DNA of 64,000 bases from Phoronis australis (GCA_002633005.1 NMRA01000205.1:359273-423272); one strand, 5' to 3'; positions 48,001-62,764 are shown, counted from the first letter of the stretch. A program made the numbers and translations. Notes: generated from the sequence alone by a model not told the origin.

Positions 48001-51000
48001 TCGGTTTTGCCATAACTTTGATGAAGCCAGATGAAAGTTGTCGAATAACATTAACATTTTTGAAAACTACTGTTACAGTATCACGATAACACCAAAAACT
48101 GTTTCCTAATAAATAGCTAAATTGCAGAATAAACAGCAAGTCTCTTCAGAACACCTTACCAAAGTTTTGTCCAGTTTATTAAGAGAAACCACATCAATAT
48201 CGGGTGCTTTACTCGTCTCCAGGACGGGTTTTGTGAGCTCAAATGTTGAATTGCTGATGCCCTTCACAACAACTTGCAAGAATTTTCTATAAAATATCAA
48301 AAAACATGCCGGTAAGAATGAAAACATTACACTTCAGAGATGACAATCAGTTCCATCTGCACGCACTACAAGACACAGAAGTGTTTTCAACGTGCCTACC
48401 TGAGGCCCGCAGTATGCAGCTGGTGCCTCACTTGGAATGGCTGCTGCACAGTGACAGTTGGCTGGAAACTACAGCTGCACCAAGAACACATCACAGTGAT
48501 CTGAAATCCAATGTTGATAATGATAAGTTTACTTTAAAATTTACAGCATCCACCATCTGTCAAAATATCTTTTGATTTGGACCACTTGCAGTAATGAAAT
48601 TGGTCTCAAATTGCTCCTTAATCTGATGATTTCTGGGGGTAAAACAACTATAATATACTGTTCATTATTGCTTGAGAGCAGGATCAACAGGAGGGACATT
48701 TACAAGGTGAGTACAGTCAATGACCAAGTGCCAGTTTTTCCTCAAGCTCAACAACCACTACTTTTCTGACTCATAAAAAGCGTTATTGAAGCGCAGGTGG
48801 TTGAAATCAAAAGTTCATTTGATGAAAATCGTTGGGTTTATAACTGCTTTGACAAATGATATTTTACAAAATATATGTTTAATAAAACTGTTAACAAATA
48901 TCACAATCAGAGCCAACTAAACTGTTTTAGTGCAATATTTAGTGCACAGTACATGCCAAAAGTATTCAGAGAAAATGAACTGGAATTTCCTGTCATGACG
49001 GCTGAATGGAAGGTAAATCCATCATCAAACTAGCCTTCCCTCATGACCAAGATTTAAAAGGAATTAACACCTTAGTACTTATTACAAGTCATTGTTGCTG
49101 TTAACAAACAAAATTAGCTATCACCACAATTATGTAAAATGTATTTTATCTGCTTACATTCGTCATGTTTCGTACAAGACAGACAACTTATGCAGCTTGA
49201 GAAGACATAGGATTATTTACCTGGTAGTCGACGAACTGTAGTTCCAATTCAGTGACCTGAGCCAACACCTGGGCAAGAAGGCGCAGGGTCTGATAAGGTT
49301 GATTGCACTCCAGCTGGATCTCGCTGGACTGGGAGTCTGCCCACTTGATGTCAAGCCCCGGGGGTGAAGACAGACTGAGGACAGAGCCAGCGGGGATCTC
49401 GTAGCTTTGGGTGTAGAGTATCACCTCAATTTCTTGACTGATTCCAGCGACAAGGTAGTCTGAAAGTTAAACAGCAATCGTTTCTTAAACTCGTCAGTCA
49501 AATGATATTAAACAAATATCTGCATCAGCTATAAACCCACCTTCATTCAACAAATTGACTTTTGATTTAAACTACTTTCAGTACAAGACCAAAGTAACAA
49601 GATAAAACACCATTCTCCCATCACGATGGCTTATTCTGTTTACAGAAAAAAAATGGTTATAGAATACTACTCTTACAACAGTGGATGAATTCGCTTCCTG
49701 CCAAGCCATCATGACGGGAATTCCATGTTATTTTTTCTGTTAACTTTTCACTTGTACTGCATCGCTACAAAACTGGTGTCAACATAGTCCCTACTGAGGC
49801 TAGAGGTGATTTCTAAGTTTGGGAAGAGCTACAAGACTCGTGCCTGCTTTAGACTTTGGTCAGCAAGTTGGCTTAATTGCATGTCAAATTCTTTATGTGC
49901 GAAGCATAGTGTCAATGAAAAACGAACAGTCAGCCCAGAAACCACCAGAAAAAAATCAGGGCTTGGAATGACCAATGACAAAAAAGAGGAAAATTTTCCA
50001 GGTGTCCAAAAATAAATAGGCTTGTGTGATAGAAATATTTTTGTGTATATTGTAGAATTTAACTGAAATGCATGTTTTAGCGTGTCTGAATAAAGTCAAA
50101 ATAATGATAAACAAAGAGACGAAAAAAGAGGAAGCTGGAAATCAAATAAGAGGAAATCGAAATCAAAAAAGAGGAAAATTTGAAGCCCTGAAAAATTGAG
50201 ATCAGTTTTAAGGCTGTAAATGGTCTAAATATTCAAAAGTTTATTGTTTGAAGGAAGGTGCGTTTAGAGCAGCTTTAAGTGGTAATGGTCGGATACAACG
50301 CGGTGCCCGAAATTTGAGAACCAGTTTTTGTCCACTGAATAACGGACATCAACTGGTTCTCAAAATGTGGGCATGTTATATCCAACTATAGCCACTTTAA
50401 CAAATGACAAATTAAACTATAAATTTTAAAGCACCCACACAAAATTAGTGAATATCAAGTTCTTTTTAAATAAAAGGTTTTCTTGGATTATCATGTTACT
50501 GTAAATGCTCAATTTGCACTTGTGAACTTTATTCAATTGATTTTATCACGTATGGAGGAAAGCATATGAGCAATGGATTGTGGGAAATCAAGCCATTCAG
50601 AAGTGGACAAAACATACTAGTTGTCGTCATCAAGGGGCATGAGGGCTCGATATCCTATAAATCTTCTGAGATGTGTATACATCAGTTACATATATCAATT
50701 CACGTCAAGTCTCAACAGAATTCAGATTTTCAAGATATCAGTTACAACTAACAGTACTTAGTCGCCAAACAGCAAAAAAAATAAATTAAGCTACTTAAGC
50801 TCATAAAATTGATCTCATATTCCTTATCATGGTAAGACTTGCATTAAAACAAGAACATTTTAAAACAATCATTGACTCAAGAAAACACATTGGATTTTGT
50901 CGGGGTTGGCCAACCCTAAAATGTCAAGTTTAAAAATGGCCTTGAACGTATTGCCTGCGACTTGCGTTGCCAGCTCATTCAGTAACAAGTTAAGATTGGA

Positions 51001-54000
51001 TGACCGTGGTAGTGTGTTTGAAGCCCAACACATTCCATTAAGAATTGAACATTGATAGCTAAACAGTGACAAAATGCCCCTTAAACAAAAGGAGGAACTA
51101 AAGTGTAACGTACCTCTGTTGTCATTAAACTTCAACTCTATGCTCGGCTCTACAATATTGACGTCAAAGTTGACACCCTTCGGCAGACGGGTCTGTATAA
51201 AGTCCAGACCACCCAGGGAGACACACAACTGACCGCTGGTGAAACTGCCCTCACTTTCAGCCTGGATGAGGCAAAACATGATCTGAAGTACACTCCATTA
51301 ATTTTTCACATCTTGTAGAACGTTTACAGTTAAAGCTCTAGTACGCACCAGAGGAAATTAGACAACATACCGTTTCCCAGTCATGACTGGTAATGACTAG
51401 TCATGACTGGTCATTACCAGTCACGATGAGTCATTCTTACAACTCTGATTTCGATATCTGCTTTGCTCAGCCTTCATGACTGAAAATAACAGGGTTATTG
51501 TCGTTTGAAGTGGGACAACTACTATGTCACTACTGATCCTATAAGATATCATCTTCAAGCAGAGCTCTGCATCAGAAATTCTTGTTTAAATTGATCATAT
51601 CGTGTTCAAAATATGGCTCAGCGTAGCTAAACATTTAAAATGTCAGAGCATTTCACTGATCATGCATTCAAATGCAGCTTAATGTGGGACTAGATTTAAA
51701 TCTAAATTACACAAGTTTAACCATGAGATACATAATGTTTATAAATGTACCTCCGTATCTAGCCAGCCAGCTAGCTGTATGAAGACTGTCGTCAAAATAC
51801 AGCTAGGTACCACTGTGTGTATTTCTTCCGTAGACCCCGAAATTGTACGCAGCCTGGGTAGTCGTCACCGCGCCGTGAAACTTGTATCAAAATGTAAAGC
51901 TAAAGACCGGATGGATGCATGCAAAATCTGGGAATCAACCGACACTCACCTTGCCTATTACAGCCGTTTAATTGAAAAACAATGCANNNNNNNNNNNNNN
52001 NNNNNNNNNNNNNNNNNNNNNNNNNNNNNNNNNNNNNNNNNNNNNNNNNNNNNNNNNNNNNNNNNNNNNNNNNNNNNNNNNNNNNNNNNNNNNNNNNNNN
52101 NNNNNNNNNNNNNNNNNNNNNNNNNNNNNNNNNNNNNNNNNNNNNNNNNNNNNNNNNNNNNNNNNNNNNNNNNNNNAAATTGATCTCATATTCCTTATCA
52201 TGGTAAGACTTGCATTAAAACAAGAACATTTTAAAACAATCATTGACTCAAGAAAACACATTGGATTTTGTCGGGGTTGGCCAACCCTAAAATGTCAAGT
52301 TTAAAAATGGCCTTGAACGTATTGCCTGTGACTTGCGTTGCCAGCTCATTCAGTAACAAGTTAAGATTGGATGACCGTGGTAGTGTGTTTGAAGCCCAAC
52401 ACATTCCATTAAGAATTGAACATTGATAGCTAAACAGTGACAAAATGCCCCTTAAACAAAAGGAGGAACTAAAGTGTAACGTACCTCTGTTGTCATTAAA
52501 CTTCAACTCTATGCTCGGCTCTACAATATTGACGTCAAAGTTGACACCCTTCGGCAGACGCGTCTGTATAAAGTCCAGACCACCCAGGGAGACACACAAC
52601 TGACCGCTGGTGAAACTGCCCTCACTTTCAGCCTGGATGAGGCAAAACATGATCTGAAGTACACTCCGTTAATTTTTCACATCTCGTAGAACGTTTACAG
52701 TTAAAGCTCTAGTACGCACAAGAGGAAATTAGACAACATACCGTTTCCCAGTCATGACTGGTAATGACTAGTCATGACCGGTCATTACCAGTCACGATGA
52801 GTCATTCTTACAACTCTGATTTCGATACCTGCTTTGCTCAGCCTTCATGACTGAAAATAACAGGGTTATTGTCGTTTGAAGTGGGACAACTACTATGTCA
52901 TTACTCATCCTATAAGATATCATCTTCAAGTAGAGCTCTGCATCAGAAATTCTTGTTTAAATTGATCATATCGTGTTCAAAATATGGCTCAATGTAGCTA
53001 AACATTTAAAATGTCAGAGCATTTCACTGATCATGCATTCAAATGCAGTTTAATGTGGGACTAGATTTAAATCTAAATTACAGAAGTTTAATCATGAGAT
53101 ACATAATGTTCATAAATGTACCTCCGTATATCGCGCCAGCCAGCTAGCTGTATGAAGACTGTCGTCAAAATACAGCTAGGTACCACTGTGTGTATTTCTT
53201 CCGTAGACCCCGAAATTGTACGCAGCCAGGGTAGTCGTCACCGCGCCGTGAAACTTGTATCAAAATGTAAAGCTAAAGACCGGATGGATGCACGCAAAAT
53301 CTGGGAATCAACCGATACTCACCTAGCCAGTTACAGCCGTTTAAGTGAAAAACAATGCAATAAACGTCTTTATCTTGCGTAACTCTCCACCTTTTCTAAC
53401 AATGAAACATATGTCATCGTTTTGAAAACAGTACGCTCGTGTCACGCGCACGTGCCATTTCCTAAATTTTTGAGACAACTTCGGAGAAGCAAAATTTGTT
53501 CTGAAATTTATTTTTTCGGTATCGAAATTCTAAAAACTTGTAATGAAGTTAAACCAGTTCCAATAATTTGTTGTGATGTGTACGCAAGCTTGTGAAAGAA
53601 CAGCAGTTGATGGAAGTATCGGCGAAAAAAGAAACTGGCCGATAGGTGATGCAATATTTCATGGCGCCGAAAGCCGTCGCTAAAGATCGCTCCACAACTT
53701 TAGCAGCAGAATAACGGTAGAACGCCATTTTTTACAACTCTGTTAATTAATTTTGTTTACTCAAGGAAGACTGTAGTTTTTAATTTTGTGTCAGATTTTA
53801 TCTCACCACTTTTTTACCCACATCAGTGCAAAGCTGTATATTTATATACAGCTGTATAAATATACAGCTTTGTACCAAGGCTACTCCGTATCAAGAGACC
53901 CAAGTTTAGACATCAGTCTCAAGTACATACCATAGATTGTTTCGCGTGACATGGAATTAATACAAGGCTTATGTACAGATATCAGTACATATCCCTGATG

Positions 54001-57000
54001 AGTGTAAACAGGCTCAAAACAGTAAACAGCTTCATTGGTAAGGTACAGGATATAACAAAGAATGGTTTTCTTTAACCTCCCAGAATAAATCACCTCAGAT
54101 CTTTGCCCAGTTTCCGGTGAGAAGTTAAAAAGAGCCATTGTTCACTACCAGACATCAATGGACACCATTTACCACCTCACTGCGTACAAATACTGCTCTG
54201 TGTGAAAAGACTCGCATTCAAATATCAAGAGATATCATTGATCACACTAGCCATTATGTTCAATAGTGCTCACTATGACGAGGTTCACATTGAGATATCA
54301 CCTCTAGCACTTACTTTTGTGATAAGCTTCAGATGGTTCATTCCACTATTGAGCGTTACATCCGGTAATCGGAAGCAGTTGTTAGACTCTTCCTTCTTGA
54401 TTTCCCGGTCCACCATGAAAGCCTGACCACTTTCGGCCCGCCTTAGGACGGCGTGCGCATTATTGCACACAAAGGACACACTAGACAGTTGCTTGTCTGT
54501 TGAAAACTGCGTCTTTATCTGTAAGTCTATCTGTGAAATGTCTAACTCGTGTTCGTGCGATTCCACGTAATCCATACTATTGATACTAGATACACTCGAA
54601 TGGCGATCTCTAAATTTTGGTCGCTGTCCGCTATAATCTGTGTTTACGACAAGAGTTACGTCCTCACACTGAATGTTGCCGGGCAGAGAACAGACTAGGT
54701 CGAGGTCTACTTGGATATCTTGACCAAGTATGAAAGGTCCTTTAGTGGCCAAACTGAGACAAGACACGATAAAGGCTGGTTGAAGCTTCACACGAACTGG
54801 GCTATCTGAAATTGTAAGGAAAATGCAATAACTTAAAAACTTATCCTGGCTTTAATTGATTCTGTGAAGTTGATGTACTTTAAGTTGACTGTAAGGTGCT
54901 GCACAGGTATTGTTAACCTTCTGGAATTAAATCCCATCTTTTGAAAACTTATGTCAACTAAATATTCAAGTAAGTTTTCTGAAGTCTAAAAACAGACAGA
55001 TGGCCTGATGCCTTCTGCAGTGCACCAGGCGTGCTTAGGCCACACAATTGGGCCCACTGCACCGATCACCTGATTAAGACTCAAGGGGATTCCTCACCAT
55101 GAGAAGACTAGAATGGAATACAAAGTGTATGGTTGATAATGGTAAGAACATAATTATTAATATAAAGACACAGAATGCATATCTCAGACAATAATATAAA
55201 CACACAGCATGCATATCTCAGACAATGCAATTTTATTCCATATCAGCAACACGACTCACCTTCATTTCTGCTGGCAATAGCCATCATCTCATCACAATAT
55301 AGTTGTCTCTTCTCTACTGGAAGAACCTTACTGGCCGCGATGTAGGTACATGACCGTAGGTAGCGCTGCGTGTTGTTCAGCATTGACTGACATTCAGCCA
55401 GAAGTAACCACGAGTGATCAGCCAATAGCGTCCATCTCTCCTGATGATAGGTCTTAACAGCGTCCAATAAGAACGGTTCAGCTTTATTGGGTTTTCCCAG
55501 AAGCCTTGAGAGAAGAGTGTAAATTAGTCAGATTACTGGGGTTTCACTTAAAGCCCAATAAGTTCACGTTCTTTCAAAGAAACCACATTTCGATAAAGAC
55601 CACTTTCTGACATGTAAATGGACTCAACTTGTTTTTACTCAGATTTTAATTTTTTTTTCTTCATTCAAAGATATTTTTTGTCATTTAGCATTATACTTAC
55701 ATGTAAAATTTGGCCATAGCTTGTCCAATAAGACGAGCTGAACGTATTCGACCAATGTATTTGAATGTGCCCATCGCTAATTCGGCAATTTCCTAAAACA
55801 AAATCAACTGAACATTAACCCAATCCTCTCTCAATACAAAAGTCATTGGAAACCATTTACAGAAGCCTTGACAGTTATCACGTTCACATTGTGCTCTAGT
55901 TCCAACCACAATTAGAGACCGGCACTAATGATCTGCATCAAAGTTATGACGACAAACAGTAAAAGATCAACTTTGTCAATCATTGACTCCACGGTCACAT
56001 CAGCACCACAGACATGGCTAATATTGGAGAACTAATATTCATTAATTTCACCATACCTGCTCCCCCAGCTTCTATTGGAAACCTGACTTGTTATAGAAGC
56101 TTTAAGGAGGACAAAACAGACCAAGTCACTGAGTGAGTGCTTGATACAAGACAGGTTCCTTAGTTGAAAAAGACATGAGCAGTAGCTTCTACAGACGAAT
56201 AAACGAGAATCTGTTTATCTCTGGTTGGGTTCCAACCAATACAACACAATCTTTAAAATAGCAAATGTTTCTAATAGTAGCTGATGCTCACCAAATAATG
56301 TTTTTCAAACATCTGCTTGGAGGACATTGCTTCTCTCAGTTTCACCATGGCCTGTGAGTCACACTTAGATCGTTCCATTCCTGTCAGAAGGGTGACCACG
56401 GTCTGTAGTTCGTGTGAGGATGTGTCTACGCCAGGCATCAGACCACATAAGTTACCAAGGTCATCCAGCTGTGAAGAAAATAAAACTTGTTGGTTCCTCA
56501 ACCAAGGTGTAAAGCAACTGTGTTGAAAAATGAAATTTGAGACTGCTTTAATCTGTAACAAGATGTCACTTGCGCTGAGTCTCTGTATATTTCGGGATCA
56601 ATTTCTATCTCCAGATGAGATGCTTTGTGGAATTAATTCAGTCTTGAAACCTGGGTGGTTCCAGGGTTTTGAAAACCATATAAGCATTTAAGATTTCACA
56701 CTGCTGGAATGCATAGAATTGACTTGACAAAAATGTTGATTTCTTGTAACAGCTATAGTTGGGCATTACAAAATAAAATAAACAATAACAAATTTGACAT
56801 AACACACAATTAGTTGTGGGTAAAATAACTGAATAATTTTCATACTTCTATAATATGCCAGCCATAATAGCGGATAAGATGTTCAATTCCAGACAAAAAT
56901 AACCACCAAAAGTGTCCCCTTTTCATATTCCAAGGTGAATGTCCACAACATTCCCTAACACTGTCTTGTAGCAAAACATGCTATGCAACAAAGTTTGAAC

Positions 57001-60000
57001 ACGCCTAAGGATTACTTTGGTTAAAAAATGAAAGAAACATTTCAATTTTTGCTATAAGTTATGCCCTAAATTCTTGAGATATTACCACACATACCTTTTT
57101 GTGAGCATACTCCCATAAACTGGCTGTGAAGAGAGAGTAGGACTCCACCTGGCCAGAGCTGTATCTCTCACAAGTGTGCATGACCTCAAGGCTACTAACA
57201 AAGGACCAGCAGGCCACAGCGCCCTCTGGCATCTTCACCTGAAAAGTGAATGAAAATGCAATATGGAAATTATTTAATGGCATATGTGGTGCTTGTTTTA
57301 CCAGTGTATATAGTCAGTAGGTAGAAAGATGGTGAAGAATACTTTTTGAAAATTCTTAGTGGGCCACGTCCAAATACTAAACAATTACACTTTGTGTCAA
57401 ATGGAGTCTGCACTGAAATTCAGTACCTCAACGTGAATTTGTCAAGCCTGAACTTGGTTTGACCTACTTATTGCTACACATGGCCTCTACATTTCAAATT
57501 ATACAGCCTGTGACACTTCCACTTTACTTTTTCTCTGGCATTTTATACAAAAGACACATCTTCAGTCATTTTGAACCACTCACATTTGCTTCTAAAAGCT
57601 CCCAAAGAGATGATTTCGCCTAATCTAAGTCTAGTTTGATAAGACCTAATACTAGCTATGCCTTACTTCAAGTATTTGAAGTTCTTGCATGCAGTTATTC
57701 ATGAAGGGTATAGCTCTCTGAGCCACCTCCCAAGGGCGAAACATCAACAACAAGAGAGCACACTGACGCGAGAACAGATAATCCCTCAAGTCCAACAGAG
57801 TAGCCTGATTTTGCTGGATGAGTGACCGCCGTCCATGATCTAAGGAGGTGGACAGACTCAGTCCTTCCCATCTTGTACATGGCTGACTGAATGTGTTAAG
57901 CCACTCAGCAATATCTGCAATTCAAATCAGAAATTCAACTGAAATGCCAGTGACTACATACAACCCTGGCCGTATTACAATGCAACAACCCTTACCTATT
58001 CTTTCTCAGAGAACCATATATTTATCAGAGAAATATCAAGCCATGTTATATTTACCAGACATCAGCATCTGAGAACTATTGACTAATATAAGTATCATGT
58101 GAATTCCAAAAGCAGCTCTGGGCAAGACGACTAAACAGTAAATGCTATCATTTAATGTTTGCCCAACACTTCCAAACAGTGGGATCATGCATTTGTCACC
58201 TCTAAAATTCTAAAATACCCTTTACACCAGAGGGAGCCAGTTCTCACAAAGTAACACATTCACTAACTCACCCCCTGCAGCGTGGTTAAGTATGAACTGA
58301 GTAAAGAGTGCGTCCAGCTCGTCGTACTGCACCAGAGCGTCCTCGTACAGTCCAAGCATCTCAAACACAAAGGCTAGCTCTTCCTGTCAAACAAGTATAC
58401 AGCAGCTATTGTTATACATAAGCACATCAATGTCGTATAACAAGAATTATTATTCTTCATACTCGCCATATGTTGGACAAATCATGGGTCTGACCTATTA
58501 AATCTGAAAAGATCCCCTCTCCGACTGGGGTTCAAACCCAGGACTTTCAGGTCTGTAGTTCACGTAATATGACCAACACACGGCGTGAATGAAGACTAAT
58601 AATTCTTGCTTATGGTGTGTTTGGGTTCAAATGACCAATGAGTATGCGTGTACTTAAGTGAGTAAGCCACCTCTTGCAGTTCCTCAGAACTATGAGTGTC
58701 AACCATTACACAAAATATTCACCAACTTAATTAAGCTTCTATACTTCCCACTTCAGTGTAATCAGCTGTACAGTCAACAAAATTAGCAAATGACGTGCAC
58801 ACACTCAAATAGTTCGATACGGTGACAGCTTCTTGTTAGACTGATAATTTCTTTGCTACCAGTAAAAATGTCAACGAAGAATACTCTGTAGATGAACTCT
58901 GAAATGCTCTGATTGAACAGGACTCGAAATCCAACAACTGTACTTGAACTGTGAACTCTAGGCATGATTCCGAGAATCTTCGATATTGTACAGGACACTA
59001 TAATTATTAATGAATACATGATCCAAAAACTGACAACCTTGATTTTTCCTTGAAATACTTGACCTATGACATATTTCAGCAGATATGTTGGTTTAAACAA
59101 CCTACTTAAAACAGCCAAACTGAGTAATACTGAATTCTACAGGGAATTTTTCTATGTAAAGCAAAGTAAAAGCAATGATTTTATTTTAAATTTTGCGACG
59201 CAGGTAGTATGCACTACTTTAAATTTCTAAATAGACTGAGTATCTGTTTCTACTTTTGGGAGCCAAAAACCGATCAGAAACCGAACAAAAACTCAAATGC
59301 TGTGAACCGTTTCAGCCCTTCAACACACCACTCCTCAAACACACCTAATGCAGTGTTATACACCTAGCCCCACCTGAAGGAGGAAATATTGATTGAAGCT
59401 CCAGCCCGTCTGCGTGCGACGTTCTCGTTCCGCTCTCATCCCGTCTTCGAATTTACTCAGACTTTTGTTGTAGGCCTGTAGCAACAGTTGCCTGATTCTG
59501 CAAAGAACTAGGGCCCAGGACTCGCTGCTCTTGGAATCAGTACGCTGAGGCTCCGTCAGGACTATGCATCTGCAGAGGTATATGCAGTTTACAAGAACAA
59601 GCTTGAGCATACGAGAAACATCAGGTGGAATTAAGAGAAATCGAAAATAATTGGCGGTCTTTGACGACATTGTTTTCACCTTATCATGTTGTGAAAGTGG
59701 TTAATTCTGACTGGTCATCAAGATGACATGAATAGAAAGTACCACGCAGGTTTTGCACATTGTATCATGAATTTTAATTAGATAATTATGTGTGTCAGTT
59801 GGACAGTGGTTCTGGGGCACTCAGTCAAGATCCCCGTCAAAAGCAAGAAATCACATCACAGAGGTAAGATTTAAAGCCTAATGTTATCTAAAAAAAAATA
59901 ATTTATGTTGTACAACAACAAATGACAGAGTATAATTCAGAGCGCCACCTATCACATAGCCTAGAACTTCATCTGTCAAATAAGCCAGACTATGCCCTTA

Positions 60001-62764
60001 GTAAAGCATTGCATAACAAGTAGTACTTCAGTGCTGTGATAAAATATAATTACTTTCATAAATGCCACACCCAAAAATTGAATCAGCTTCATTTTTCTTA
60101 ATGTCGTTTCCAACAAAGTAAAAGACACACCACCAAGCAGATGTTTAATTGACATGACAAATATTGAGTACGAACGACTTGTACAATGGCCAAGCTTGTA
60201 ATATTAAAAAGTTCAGTAACCACAGTCCAGAGACAGGTGACAATTATTTCACCTGGAAATTAATTCTATTTCAGATCAATCACTTCACCCATCAATCATA
60301 TTTTCATGGATTCTGCAACTCATTTTACATTGTGTTTGTTCCATAAATAAAAACGGCAAATCACAGCTTAAAGATAGTATTTGCATGCTCCTAACCATGC
60401 TAATGTATAGCAGGAACAAAACGACAATGCTATTTGAACATCATCTACGCTAAGCAAAGTGCAATTGTATTCAATGATAATTTTTTAAATTTTTTAATAT
60501 GAAAAAAATCTTCAAATAGGTGACTTTTGCACTAATGACGTACCTTGGGAGTTCACAAAGCTTGCATCATGCAGTGCTATTCTCCAAAACCACGTCACGA
60601 TACTTACTGGCCATAGTTCAGTGAATTGCGGTGGATCATTTTCGCCACAAAACTCGTTCTTCAAACCATTTGGAATTTTTCAACCTACTTAGTATTCACA
60701 TTGTTGCTGTTTCTAACTAATTTGGCCAAGCAATCACAGAGATAAGGAATAAGCCTGCATGATGCTAAAAGACACACACAGCATTCTATTTAAAGCGTAT
60801 GTAAACCGGCTTTCTGTCGAGGAAGCAAAATCCTCAAATCAGAAGACATTTTTGGGTTAGCAAAAAACTGACAATGTTATTGCTGGAGACCATGCTCGGT
60901 GTACAAAATGACAAGTCAACTTATAGACCATGCTCGAGTGTACAAAATGACATGTCAACTTATAGACCATGATTGAGTGTACAAAATGACATGTCAACTT
61001 ATAGACCATGCTCGGTGTACAAAATGACACGTCAACTTATAGACCATGCTCGAGTGTACAAAATGACATGCCAACTTATAGACCATGCTCAAGTGTACAA
61101 AATGACATGGCAACTTATACACCATGCTCGGTGTACAAAATGACATGTCAACTTATACACCATGCTCGGTGTACAAAATGACATGCCAACTTATACACCA
61201 TGCTCGGTGTACAAAATGACATGTCAACTTATACACCATGCTCGGTGTACAAAATGACATGTCAACTTATACACCATGCTCGGTGTACAAAATGACATGC
61301 CAACTTATACACCATGCTTAGCACATATAATGACAAGCCAACTTGTAGAGCCTGATCTCAAGCAATATTAAACCGTTGAAGCCCTGAAATGATCTCCAAT
61401 ATGACTAAGGTACAATTTGAGGCCAATTTCATAAGGTAAGTGGTCTAAATAATAAAATCAAGTTATTTTCTGCAATCGAAAACATTTTTTCCTGCAGCTT
61501 TAAAAATTCTAAATTTGTCCTTCAGAATTTCGAGGTTCATAAACCGCTGCTACTGTGTGGCTTTTTTACGGCACCAGCTAAAATTACCAAGAGGCTGCTT
61601 TACAGCAACGTACTACTGAGAGCTCACTCACCGATCTGGAGATTTGCTGCAGAAGTCACTGCGGACCTTGTCAATGACAGATGTACGCAGCAGTTTTGTC
61701 TTGACCTTACTTTCATCGTTGACAACGCTAATGATCATCCAGTCAGATATGTTGTGCTTCTTAAGCGTGGACAGCCACTCTGCAATCTCATCTTTAACAG
61801 TTGTTTTGTACGCATCCAAGTCCTACACAATGAAAAAGGGTTAATCAAACAGACTTTTTGGGAAGACATCAAGTCACTATGGTAACCCAGTATGAGAAAC
61901 AAAGATTTAGTCCTATACCACAATGCTGATGCTGCTGATGTCTATCACAACACTGCGTCAGTAGGAAAATGAACCACAGTTGGTCATGATGACCACTATT
62001 GCACTGTCAGGAAATTATTATGACATTTATCATTCAGTACTTTACTGTTGCACAGTGCTTGCAACGCCCACACTGAAACATAGACAAGCGGAGTGTGGAG
62101 CAATAGTTGTTCTTTCCTCGTTCCTCTTAGCTCAGAAATTAAGTGGCCTAACTTCTGGTCAATTATACAATTTTTTTTCTATCTTTGTGAAAGAGGACAA
62201 ATGAATTAGGGACCTGATTATTTACCAGCGGTTACCACACAAAATTCCCGAGTACTCGTGTTCACGTACTGTGAAAAGATTGGAAAATATTGAAAACGGG
62301 GATTTGTTTTAATGATAAGCTGGGTTAACAAAAAGCTCTTTTTATTGAAAGTTATTGAGTACTCATTTACTGATAGCTGAACAGGGGTCATTAATGGTTT
62401 TGGCCATTGGAGCCATTCACACAAGTTTGGTGAAAAGCAATTTAATAAGTCTGGACAGCAGCAATAATAACCTGTCAGTTGTTTTCAAGTCAAGAGAACA
62501 TTGTTACAGAGTCAAAAAACAGCTAATTCCCAAATTTTAATAATTGAAAAACTAAATGACTCGTACCTGTTTAACTTTCATTAGTCATTGACAATGGGTT
62601 CCTGTCCTCCAAATGCAAACTTGGAAATACTTACACAATCAATCCAGAAAATGTGGAAGAAAGGATGATTAATCATAGAGCGCGAGTCTTTGACCAGCTT
62701 GTCCCCAGCGAATGGCAGGAACTCTGCCACCACGTTGATAACTTTGGGAGCACGTCCGTAAGAT
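45068..62764 (-). CDS. TRAPPC10: Trafficking protein particle complex subunit 10 (TRAPPII, Trs130 homolog); 18 exons visible (about 1070 codons), first exon(s) not found in the window
   Basis: Exons 5'->3': 62635-62764, 61632-61822, 59374-59569, 58272-58383, 57667-57914, 57095-57238, 56292-56468, 55701-55792, 55260-55504, 54315-54805, 52485-52632 (duplicate at 51114-51261), 49221-49459, 48400-48500, 48160-48286, 46808-46966, 46000-46183, 45550-45657, 45068-45192. All GT-AG and phase-compatible. Diagnostic peptides: RSYGRAPK...PFFHIFWIDC, EELAFVFEMLGLYEDALVQYDELDALFTQF, LLDLRDYLFSRQC, LAMGTFKYIGRIRSA, PLVTGYLRLPAV, GQIYNSTRG. Confidence 0.95.
50806..53359 (+). repeat. About 1.18-kb direct duplication flanking a 190-N gap and containing one TRAPPC10 exon; probable haplotype-overlap artefact
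   Basis: 50806-51986 matches 52177-53359 with scattered SNPs; Ns at 51987-52176. Confidence 0.85.
58441..58590 (-). mobile_element. tRNA-derived SINE-like repeat (same family as 8940-9082)
   Basis: Reverse strand reads gaaagtcctgggtttgaacccc...ttttcagatttaa...cccatgat...gaagaataat. Confidence 0.55.
60888..61348 (+). repeat. Minisatellite, about 12 copies of a 38-39 bp unit, in a TRAPPC10 intron
   Basis: Unit (g/c)accatgctcg(a)gtgtacaaaatgacatgtcaacttata starting at 60888, 60926, 60965, 61004, 61042, 61081, 61120, 61158, 61196, 61234, 61272 and 61310. Confidence 0.95.

Noticed and set aside
51779-52304. ORFs spanning poly-X
   Set aside because: Artefacts of translating through the N gap.
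60888-61348. Possible CRISPR array (regular ~38-bp repeats)
   Set aside because: Units are head-to-tail with no unique spacers, there are no cas genes, and it lies in a eukaryotic intron.
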